A stretch of 29,976 bases of DNA, from positions 1 through 29,976 of IMG/VR virus record IMGVR_UViG_3300045988_110429. One strand, 5' to 3'. The stretch is from a virus. A program made the translations under genes and the position numbers. This document shows positions 8,914 to 15,605 of the stretch, in pieces; position 1 is the stretch's first letter, and every line of letters starts with the position of its first letter. The notes under the pieces are model-generated. The model was not told the DNA's origin and did not search any database. It was given only the letters and a program-made list of their open reading frames with translations.

Positions 8914-9348
8914 ATGAATAAAGATGTATCACTTAAAAGTGATTTAAAAACATTTAATATTGATATTGATGATATTGAATTTAACCCACATTTTTTTGAA
9001 ACACTACAAGAAGCAATAGATAAAATGAGAGAAGAAACTTTATCAAAAAACTTGGAAGTTGTATTAAATAACAATTTAATAAAAGCAAGATATAAACCTA
9101 CAAATTATAGAACAATTCTAGATTGTAGAGTTTCTTATGCAGACTTAGAAAAATCAGTATCATTTATTGTAAGACCTGACGAAAAGCCTAGTTATGAATG
9201 TTTAGAACAACAATGTAAAAGGCAAAAAGAAGTAATTGATAAAGTATATGAATTAATTAAACAACATATAAGAAAAGATGGTTTTTTAGAATTAAATGAG
9301 TGGCAAACTAGAGACTTGCTAGATATATTAAAAGAGGTGCAAGAATGA
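8914..9348 (+). CDS. Hypothetical protein (144 aa)
   Basis: AGGAGG RBS. Confidence 0.5.
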   Translation: MNKDVSLKSDLKTFNIDIDDIEFNPHFFETLQEAIDKMREETLSKNLEVVLNNNLIKARYKPTNYRTILDCRVSYADLEKSVSFIVRPDEKPSYECLEQQCKRQKEVIDKVYELIKQHIRKDGFLELNEWQTRDLLDILKEVQE

Positions 9349-9536
9349 TTAGTGGTGCAAGTGAAGAAGAATTAATAGAAGCAATTGGTAGGGCTGATGT
9401 TTTATTAGAATTTATGCCAAAAATAAAACAACTGCAACAAGAAAATAAACAACTAAAAGATAACTGGAATAAGTTAAAAGAATATATATATATAACCAAA
9501 TACCAACGGATAAAACGGTTCTTACTAAACATATAA
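9345..9536 (+). CDS. Hypothetical protein (63 aa)
   Basis: AGAGG RBS. Its start overlaps the upstream stop. Confidence 0.4.
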   Translation: MISGASEEELIEAIGRADVLLEFMPKIKQLQQENKQLKDNWNKLKEYIYITKYQRIKRFLLNI

Positions 9537-9587
9537 AAATATTTGAAGTATTAGATAAAATGCAAGAAATAGGAGGAAGTGATAGTA

Positions 9588-10034
9588 ATGATTAGATTAG
9601 TAAAAATAGTTGATAATAAATATGTTCAAATAGAAGAATATAGAAATCCAAACATCTGTTTCGATACAAATAAATATAGTGATTTTGAAAATTATTGTAC
9701 TTTAAGAGAAACATTTGACCCTTTTAGAATGTTCTATGAAAATCAAGAATTACAAGTGCAACTATTAAGTAATACTTTACAGTTAAAGGAATTAAAGAAA
9801 CAACTTGAAGAAATAAATAAAATGATAGAGAAATGTGGCTTTGTAAATATAGAACAAGTAATGCTTAATTATTGTGGCTTATTAACTCAACAAAAAGAGT
9901 TTATAAAGTATTTAGAAGATGAAATACAAAAACTTAAAGAAAGAGATATTTATCAGCCGTTACAAAGAATGGCTTTAGCAACACTTGAACATAATTTACA
10001 AAAATATAAAGAAATAATAGGAGATGATAAATAA
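9588..10034 (+). CDS. Hypothetical coiled-coil protein
   Basis: Track ORF 9579..10034. ATG at 9588 follows AGGAGG. Confidence 0.5.
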   Translation: MIRLVKIVDNKYVQIEEYRNPNICFDTNKYSDFENYCTLRETFDPFRMFYENQELQVQLLSNTLQLKELKKQLEEINKMIEKCGFVNIEQVMLNYCGLLTQQKEFIKYLEDEIQKLKERDIYQPLQRMALATLEHNLQKYKEIIGDDK

Positions 10035-10273
10035 TGAAAAGTGCTAGAGAGTTATTTGAAGAATTAGGATATGAATATTATGAGGACGATGGATTTAATT
10101 GTTATAAAAAAGAAAAAAGAAGATTAATTGAACCGGACTATATATCATTTGACAGACTTGAAAGAGAAGTTTTTATGTCAAACAGCAGTAAAAATAGCAA
10201 CGGTGCAATATTAGATATGAAGCTATTACAAGCCATAAATAAACAAATAAAAGAGTTAGGATGGAACAAATGA
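10034..10273 (+). CDS. Hypothetical protein (79 aa)
   Basis: GGAGA RBS. Start overlaps the upstream stop (ATGA). Confidence 0.45.
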   Translation: MKSARELFEELGYEYYEDDGFNCYKKEKRRLIEPDYISFDRLEREVFMSNSSKNSNGAILDMKLLQAINKQIKELGWNK

Positions 10274-10452
10274 TATATTACTTTATAGGTTTAAGCATAA
10301 TATTAGTTATAAAATTATGTGGTGTAATTAAAAGAAATAACATACTAGAATACAAGTACAAAGTAGCAATGAATAATTTGTTAACTATGGCTAAAGTAAT
10401 GAGCGACCCTAGATTAATTGAAGAGTTTGAAGAACAAGTTAAAAGGATGTGA
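10261..10452 (+). CDS. Hypothetical small membrane protein
   Basis: TM segment IYYFIGLSIILVIKLCGVI. Confidence 0.4.
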   Translation: MEQMIYYFIGLSIILVIKLCGVIKRNNILEYKYKVAMNNLLTMAKVMSDPRLIEEFEEQVKRM

Positions 10453-10456
10453 TACT

Positions 10457-10792
10457 ATGGACTTATTTAATGATATTCAAGATTTGATTTTAAGATTGAC
10501 AAAAAGCATTAACATATTAGCAAAATACGGAAAAGAATTTTCTGAAGCAGAAAGAGATTATAAAATTACATTAAGACAAGAAGCTTTAAAATTAAGAAAT
10601 GATGAAAATATGCCAGTTACATTAATTAATCAAATAATATATGGCGTGCCAGAGGTAGCAAGCAAGCGTTTTAAGAGGGATGTAGCACAAGCAATGTATG
10701 ATACATCTAAAGAGAACGTAAACGTCTTAAAATTGCAATTAAGGGTGTTAGAGGGGCAAATGCAAAGAGAATGGAGCAATAAATATGAATAA
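10457..10792 (+). CDS. Hypothetical protein (111 aa)
   Basis: Track ORF 10418..10792 begins with a TTG. ATG at 10457 with an AAGGA RBS. Confidence 0.45.
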   Translation: MDLFNDIQDLILRLTKSINILAKYGKEFSEAERDYKITLRQEALKLRNDENMPVTLINQIIYGVPEVASKRFKRDVAQAMYDTSKENVNVLKLQLRVLEGQMQREWSNKYE

Positions 10793-10934
10793 AGATGAAA
10801 GAGAACGTGAAAAAGAATTAAAATACCTTATACATTTACGTAATGAAATTATAAAGGAAGCCAAAAAAGAAATATTAATATATCGTGATGAATTAAATTC
10901 TTTAGGGAACTCAAAAAAGAAAAGAAGAAAATAA
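10785..10934 (+). CDS. Small basic 49-aa ORF
   Basis: Read by hand: MNKDERERELKYLIHLRNEIIKEAKKEILIYRDELNSLGNSKKKRRK. It ends inside the terminator hairpin. Confidence 0.3.
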   Translation: MNKDEREREKELKYLIHLRNEIIKEAKKEILIYRDELNSLGNSKKKRRK

Positions 10935-10950
10935 TCTTCTTTTTTATTTT
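10923..10950 (+). terminator. Rho-independent terminator at the end of the early array
   Basis: AAGAAG-aaaataat-CTTCTT followed by TTTTTTATTTT. Confidence 0.55.
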
Positions 10951-10954
10951 ATTA

Positions 10955-10983
10955 TTGACATTTATTAAATTATGATATATAAT
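10955..10983 (+). promoter_or_regulatory. Sigma-A promoter P2: TTGACA-17-TATAAT
   Basis: Perfect consensus read from the sequence. Lies upstream of the HTH and replication genes. Confidence 0.7.
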
Positions 10984-11012
10984 CATAATAGATAAGAAAG
11001 GTAGGTGGAAAA

Positions 11013-11222
11013 ATGTATTTAATGAAAGAGAACGAAATGATTAAAGTTATTAATCAAAGTGCTATGGCAAGAGTTATAGGACTAACTCCAGCAACAATTA
11101 ATAGAATATTTAATCGAAAGCAGACTTGCTCTAAATTAGTTGCATATTGCATTACCAAGTTTTTAGATTACAACAAAAGCATTGAAGATTTATTTATAAA
11201 AATTAACACGAAAGGAGAATAA
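11013..11222 (+). CDS. XRE/Cro-like HTH transcriptional regulator (69 aa)
   Basis: QSAMARVIGLTPATINRIFN forms a helix-turn-helix. First gene after P2. Confidence 0.6.
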   Translation: MYLMKENEMIKVINQSAMARVIGLTPATINRIFNRKQTCSKLVAYCITKFLDYNKSIEDLFIKINTKGE

Positions 11223-11223
11223 T

Positions 11224-11853
11224 ATGCAAAGAGATAGTTTTATATTTTATAGAAGTTTTTATGAAGCTATAAATGACTTACCTGAAAAAAGCCAATTAAA
11301 AGTTTATAAGGCTATTTGTGAAATGAGTTTAAATTTTGATGAAATAGATTTATCAGGGTTAAGTTTAACAATATTTAAATTGATAAAACCACAACTAGAA
11401 GCTAACAACAAAAGGTATACAAATGGGTCAAAAGGCGGGGCACCAAAAGGTAACCAAAATGCAACCAAAAAGCAATCAAAAAACAACCAAAAAACAACCA
11501 AAAAACAACCTAATAATAATGTAAATGAAAATGATAATGAAAATGTAAATGATAATATTAATACTAGTAGTAGTAATAATATATATAGTTATTTGGAAGA
11601 TAATTTAGGTAGAACTTTGAACGGTGCTGAAATAGAATTGGCTACTGCGTGGGCTAATGAATATGACTGGGAAAAAATTGAATACGCTATAAAAGAAACT
11701 TTGATAGCAAGAGCTAATAATCTTAAATACACTGATGCAATTTTAAGAAATATAAAAGATAAAAGCAATGATGAATTGTATTCAAAAACAAAGGAGGAAG
11801 ATGAAGAAGAAATTGAAATGCCAGATTATGATTGGTTAAATGAAAGTGATTAA
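11224..11853 (+). CDS. DnaD-like phage replisome organizer (replication initiator)
   Basis: N-terminal FYRSFYEAINDLPEKSQLKVYKAICEMSL matches the phage replisome-organizer N-domain. C-terminal LEDNLGRTLNGAEIELATAWANEYDWEKIEYAIKETL matches the DnaD / DnaB_2 domain. A low-complexity K/N/Q linker carries the DNA iterons. Confidence 0.7.
   Translation: MQRDSFIFYRSFYEAINDLPEKSQLKVYKAICEMSLNFDEIDLSGLSLTIFKLIKPQLEANNKRYTNGSKGGAPKGNQNATKKQSKNNQKTTKKQPNNNVNENDNENVNDNINTSSSNNIYSYLEDNLGRTLNGAEIELATAWANEYDWEKIEYAIKETLIARANNLKYTDAILRNIKDKSNDELYSKTKEEDEEEIEMPDYDWLNESD
11449..11590 (+). repeat. Candidate replication origin: 11-bp iterons (A/G)CAACCAAAAA in 5.5 copies, followed by an AT-rich stretch containing two copies of AATGTAAATGA(A/T)AAT
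   Basis: The tandem repeats were read directly at 11449-11510 and the AT-rich repeats at 11519-11570, all inside the organizer gene, as with the lambda O ori. Confidence 0.5.
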
Positions 11854-11867
11854 AATAATTAAACATA

Positions 11868-11896
11868 TTGAAATTTAATATTAAATATGGTATAAT
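11868..11896 (+). promoter_or_regulatory. Sigma-A promoter P3: TTGAAA-17-TGgTATAAT, with an extended -10
   Basis: Read from the sequence. Lies upstream of the recombination operon. Confidence 0.65.
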
Positions 11897-11902
11897 TATA
11901 TT

Positions 11903-11990
11903 GTGTGATGAGGTAAAAGTAGATTTATTGATGCGAGCTAGCCTTATCACACGTAAGAACTAATTAGCTTGTATCAATAAATCTATTTTT
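11903..11990 (+). promoter_or_regulatory. Structured leader with two interleaved inverted repeats and a U-run
   Basis: Arm A, GTGTGATGAGG (11903-11913), pairs with CCTTATCACAC (11942-11952). Arm B, AGATTTATTGAT (11921-11932), pairs with ATCAATAAATCT (11973-11984), followed by ATTTTT. The arms interleave, so the two structures are alternatives. Confidence 0.4.
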
Positions 11991-12007
11991 AGTTAGGAGG
12001 AAGAAAA

Positions 12008-12661
12008 ATGAAAGGATTTGAAAATTTAAGTTCAGAAGTAGCAAAGGACTTAATAGAATTAGTAAATAATATTAAAGGGCTTGAAAAAAGTTCTAAAGTA
12101 GAATATAGTGTTCAAAACAAAAAAGGAGAGTGGTCTAAAAAATCATTTAGTTATGTTCCACTAGACAGCATATTAAATAAAATAAAAGAAAATAATAATT
12201 TTGCTTTACTTCAACCAATAGGAATTGATGATAATGGAATAAATGGAGTTAAATGTATTTTAATACATAAAACAGGACATATATTTGAAACTAATACATA
12301 CCCATTCAGAGATAATGAAAGTACTAAAATTCAAGATGAGGGTGCGGAAATAACTTATCGCAAAAGATATAGTGTAGGTGCTTTTTTGGGAATGGCAACT
12401 GAAGAAGATACTAACGGGAATGACCCAGAAGCAAGTAATAGTGAAGAAAGAAAAGCAACACCAAAGCAAATAGAAATATTATTGAGAACTTATAAAGACG
12501 ATAATTTAACAAAATTATTAGAATTAAATAAATTATCAAAAATAGAAGATATCACAATGCGTAAGGCTAGTGAATTAATTCAAAAAAATATAGAAAAATC
12601 AAAACAAAAAAAAGAGGAGAAAAATGAAAATGAAAAACAAAATGACAATGAAAGAATTTAA
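12008..12661 (+). CDS. erf: ERF-family single-strand annealing protein (recombinase)
   Basis: GAEITYRKRYSVGAFLGMATEEDTNGNDPE matches the ERF signature G-A-ITY-RRY-L...LGI..EDDDG. AGGAGG RBS. Followed by a nuclease gene. Confidence 0.65.
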   Translation: MKGFENLSSEVAKDLIELVNNIKGLEKSSKVEYSVQNKKGEWSKKSFSYVPLDSILNKIKENNNFALLQPIGIDDNGINGVKCILIHKTGHIFETNTYPFRDNESTKIQDEGAEITYRKRYSVGAFLGMATEEDTNGNDPEASNSEERKATPKQIEILLRTYKDDNLTKLLELNKLSKIEDITMRKASELIQKNIEKSKQKKEEKNENEKQNDNERI

Positions 12662-12791
12662 AGAAAAATATGAAGAGGCAGCTATGAAAGTATTGGAGAA
12701 CCCTGTTGAGGGACTAAAAGGGGAAGAAAAAGTTAGTGCTAAAACACAAATAACAATAATATTGACAGGAATGCTTTATTCCACCAATTAG
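12642..12791 (+). CDS. Small 49-aa ORF
   Basis: Read by hand: MTMKEFKEKYEEAAMKVLENPVEGLKGEEKVSAKTQITIILTGMLYSTN. It overlaps the end of the ERF gene. Confidence 0.25.
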   Translation: MTMKEFKEKYEEAAMKVLENPVEGLKGEEKVSAKTQITIILTGMLYSTN

Positions 12792-12821
12792 AAAAAGAAT
12801 TATTTGGGGAGGAATAATAGA

Positions 12822-13139
12822 ATGGAAAATGAATTAATGATAATAAATAACAATGAAATAGAATTAACAAAAGAGGGAATTAAATTTATAAAAAAAGTTC
12901 AAAAAGCAAAAGTTGAACTTGCCAAAATGGAACAACAATTAAAAGATATGTTTCAAGAAGAAATGGAAAAGAACAACGTAAAAAAATATACAAGTCCAGA
13001 TGGAACATTTAAAGCAACTTATTATGGAGAAACTACAACAAATAGATTTGATAGTACAAACTTCAAAAAGGAAAATGAAGAACTTTATAATAAATATTTA
13101 GTTCCATCTACAAGAAAAGCATATGTCAAATTCAACTAA
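12822..13139 (+). CDS. Hypothetical protein (106 aa) within the recombination module
   Basis: Track ORF 12804..13139. ATG at 12822 lies 9 nt after GGGGAGG. Confidence 0.5.
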   Translation: MENELMIINNNEIELTKEGIKFIKKVQKAKVELAKMEQQLKDMFQEEMEKNNVKKYTSPDGTFKATYYGETTTNRFDSTNFKKENEELYNKYLVPSTRKAYVKFN

Positions 13140-13713
13140 ACTAGAATTTGATAAAGAAACTCATACATACATAAAAGACGGAATAATTCTGACAAGCGTG
13201 ACTCAATTATTACAAGAGTTATTCCCCTTAAAGTATGAGAATGTTCCAAAGGAAATACTTAATCAAAAAGCAGAATATGGTTCTTCTGTTCATAAGTTAA
13301 TCGAAATAATTGAAAAGAAAAAGCCAAAAAACCCACTGGGTTATATTAGAAGATATTATAAGCCAAATATCTATCAAGAAGAAAGTTTAAAAGACTATTT
13401 GAATATAAAAGAACAATTCAAAATAGAAATAACTGATAGTGAAAAAATGTTATCATATAAAATGCTATATGCAGGTACATTAGATTTAAAAGGCTATGTG
13501 AACGGAAAAAAGGCTATTATAGATATTAAAACAACATATAATATTGATGAATTATACGTTAGTTGGCAAAATAGTTTATACGAATTAGCAGATGAACCAG
13601 TAGAAGAATTATATTGCTTATGGTTACCAAAAGGACGTTTAGGTAAATTAATAAAATTGGAAAGAATAGAAAAAGAATTATTATATGGCTTAATAGGAGA
13701 AGAAAATGAGTAG
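13123..13713 (+). CDS. RecB-like PD-(D/E)XK nuclease (candidate exonuclease partner of ERF)
   Basis: Motif order reads GTLDLKG (D), IIDIKTT (E-x-K), then WQNSLY (QxxxY). Adjacent to the ERF gene. Confidence 0.55.
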   Translation: MSNSTKLEFDKETHTYIKDGIILTSVTQLLQELFPLKYENVPKEILNQKAEYGSSVHKLIEIIEKKKPKNPLGYIRRYYKPNIYQEESLKDYLNIKEQFKIEITDSEKMLSYKMLYAGTLDLKGYVNGKKAIIDIKTTYNIDELYVSWQNSLYELADEPVEELYCLWLPKGRLGKLIKLERIEKELLYGLIGEENE

Positions 13714-13945
13714 ATATAGTTTTAACCAAGTAGATTTAGTTTTAGACCATTTGAAAAGAAAAGATCACATAACAACGTGGGAAGCATTTGAGTTATATGG
13801 AATAACGAGATTAAGTGCTAAAATTCATATATTACGCAAAGAAAATTATAAGATAACAAGCGTAAGTACTACAAGAAAAAATAGATATGGGCATATATGT
13901 ATATATAGCACTTATACGTTAGAGGCAGATAATGACGAGGCGTAG
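13706..13945 (+). CDS. HTH_39-type helix-turn-helix protein
   Basis: ITTWEAFELYGITRLSAKIHILRKENYKI matches the phage HTH_39 pattern. Confidence 0.45.
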   Translation: MSRYSFNQVDLVLDHLKRKDHITTWEAFELYGITRLSAKIHILRKENYKITSVSTTRKNRYGHICIYSTYTLEADNDEA

Positions 13946-14459
13946 TAAATTTTGTGAGTTTGACAAAGAAGCTAGAAAATTAATTAAAAAGCGTGATAAC
14001 AACGAATGTGTAATATGCCATAAAAAGGGTGCTTTACAGATTATGCACATATTTCTATCACGTGCAAAGGGTGGTAAAGGTTGTAAAGAAAACGGATGTC
14101 TAGGGTGTATTAAATGCCATAGTATAATGGATAATCCAATTGGAGATAAACAATTAAGACTTTCAAAACAATATCTAGAATATTGTAAAAAATACTTGAT
14201 TGAAAAAGAAAATATAAAAGACGTAAAAGTACTTATTGAAGATTTAAAATTTAAAAAAGAAAAATATTATGAAGAAAAAATAACGAACGCTTTAAAAGAA
14301 ATTGACTTACAAAAAAATAAAATTAATAGATGTAAACATTGCAAAATGTTAATCAAAAGTAATTCAAATAATAGTTCTATACCTAACTACTTTTGTAAGT
14401 ATAGAAAAATAAGATTAAGTAAAAATAATAAAGCGTGCAAATCATTTGCAAAAGAATAA
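13932..14459 (+). CDS. HNH endonuclease
   Basis: ECVICH...MHIFLSRAKGG...ENG..LGCIKCH follows the HNH pattern C-x2-C ... H-x...GG ... N ... C-x2-H. There are additional C-terminal CxxC pairs. Confidence 0.6.
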   Translation: MTRRSKFCEFDKEARKLIKKRDNNECVICHKKGALQIMHIFLSRAKGGKGCKENGCLGCIKCHSIMDNPIGDKQLRLSKQYLEYCKKYLIEKENIKDVKVLIEDLKFKKEKYYEEKITNALKEIDLQKNKINRCKHCKMLIKSNSNNSSIPNYFCKYRKIRLSKNNKACKSFAKE

Positions 14460-14502
14460 AAAATATGATATGATATTCATAGTAAGATAGGGAGGTTAAG
14501 AA

Positions 14503-14685
14503 ATGAGTTTTTTAAGAAAAATCGAACGTAACAAAGAAAAACAAAAACAAAATGATATAAAGAAAACATATGACAAAAAGCCAAAAGGAATATGTCCACG
14601 TTGTGGTAAACATAGTTTATTTATGACAAATAAAGATGGCGAAGTATTTTGCATAAGGTGTGACCAAATAGTAAAAACAAATTAA
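14503..14685 (+). CDS. Small zinc-ribbon protein
   Basis: CPRCG...CIRCD forms a C-x2-C-x16-C-x2-C motif. AGGGAGG RBS. Confidence 0.5.
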   Translation: MSFLRKIERNKEKQKQNDIKKTYDKKPKGICPRCGKHSLFMTNKDGEVFCIRCDQIVKTN

Positions 14686-14840
14686 GAAGATATCAAAAAA
14701 ACTAGAATTCATCTTCCAATTATTGTTAACTTAAATAAATAATTTTTTTTATTAAAAAACTGTAACACCAATCTTTTATATTTTTTATAAATCCTAAACT
14801 ATTATAATGGTATGAGTTTGTTCTAGTGGGTTTGATACCA

Positions 14841-14869
14841 TTGACTTTTAAAGTAGGAAAGAGTATAAT
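14841..14869 (+). promoter_or_regulatory. Sigma-A promoter P4: TTGACT-17-TATAAT
   Basis: Read from the sequence. The -35 overlaps the 3' arm of the 8-bp inverted repeat AATGGTAT (14806-14813) / ATACCATT (14835-14842). Confidence 0.6.
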
Positions 14870-14875
14870 ATAATT

Positions 14876-14950
14876 ATGGTGTTAATGACGCACCAAATAT
14901 AATAAATTTAGTTTTCTTGTACGATTTGCAACCCTAGAGGTTGCTTTTTC
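14876..14950 (+). ncRNA. Candidate small RNA of about 75 nt (P4 to terminator)
   Basis: Predicted layout is a 5' hairpin GGTGT-taatgac-GCACC, then an AU-rich single-stranded stretch, then the intrinsic terminator. It carries no ORF longer than 8 codons. Confidence 0.4.
14928..14950 (+). terminator. Rho-independent terminator
   Basis: GCAACC-ctaga-GGTTGC followed by TTTTTC. Its 3' arm is the -35 of P5. Confidence 0.55.
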
Positions 14951-14969
14951 TGTATATATATGGTACAAT
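14941..14969 (+). promoter_or_regulatory. Sigma-A promoter P5: TTGCTT-17-TGgTACAAT, with an extended -10
   Basis: Read from the sequence. Confidence 0.5.
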
Positions 14970-14995
14970 TAATTTGTAGAAAGTAGGCGTGTGGT

Positions 14996-15130
14996 ATGAA
15001 AACAATAATTACTATAATATTAGCAATCGTTATAACAATAGGCTTATTATTGTTTAATATCGTTTGCTTTTTTTTACAAGAAGAGGAATATAAACGAAGA
15101 AAGGATGGAAAGAGCAAATATGACGTATGA
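14996..15130 (+). CDS. Toxin-like membrane peptide (44 aa): one TM helix plus a charged tail
   Basis: Hand translation gives MKTIITIILAIVITIGLLLFNIVCFFLQEEEYKRRKDGKSKYDV. It is absent from the track because it falls under the 60-aa cutoff. Its stop overlaps the start of the next gene. Confidence 0.4.
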   Translation: MKTIITIILAIVITIGLLLFNIVCFFLQEEEYKRRKDGKSKYDV

Positions 15131-15605
15131 ATTTAAAAATATTAGCACAGACAATTACGAATTACATTATAACGCTAAAGATGGAAGCCAAAAAGTAATA
15201 CCTTTTACAAGGTCAATAAGTATGGCTACTAAATTACAAGGAATAACTGCACAAGCAAGACTTAAAATGTTTAAGGAATTAACTGCACAAGGTATGACTA
15301 AAGATGACCTAGTAGTTAAACACGATATGGGTAATGGAAAAGTTACATATGATGAAAGTAATTACCAAGCATTTGAAATGGAATACGTAAGAGAACAAAG
15401 TGCAATAGCAATCGATGAAATAATAAAAGAATGTTTCAAGATGGATTTAATGAATTTATTCAGTGATATGGGAGTTGATGTATACGCAACTGACCAAAAG
15501 ACTGCAAAAGAAGTTGAAATATTTACACAAAAATTCTCAACAATAATAGCAGGCAAAGATAATCAGACACCCAGTGTCGGAGATAAACAACAGTTATCAG
15601 AATAA
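15105..15605 (+). CDS. Hypothetical protein (166 aa)
   Basis: Track ORF. The internal ATG at 15120 follows a GGAAAGAG RBS and may be the real start. Confidence 0.5.
   Translation: MERANMTYEFKNISTDNYELHYNAKDGSQKVIPFTRSISMATKLQGITAQARLKMFKELTAQGMTKDDLVVKHDMGNGKVTYDESNYQAFEMEYVREQSAIAIDEIIKECFKMDLMNLFSDMGVDVYATDQKTAKEVEIFTQKFSTIIAGKDNQTPSVGDKQQLSE

Noticed and set aside
9483-9495. (TA)6-7 microsatellite
   Set aside because: It is a short simple repeat inside a coding region of an AT-rich genome, too short to be meaningful without population data.
14686-14760. Hairpin GAAGAT...ATCTTC after the zinc-ribbon gene, as a terminator
   Set aside because: It is a 6-bp AT-rich stem with a 19-nt loop and no proper U-run, so it is too weak to call.
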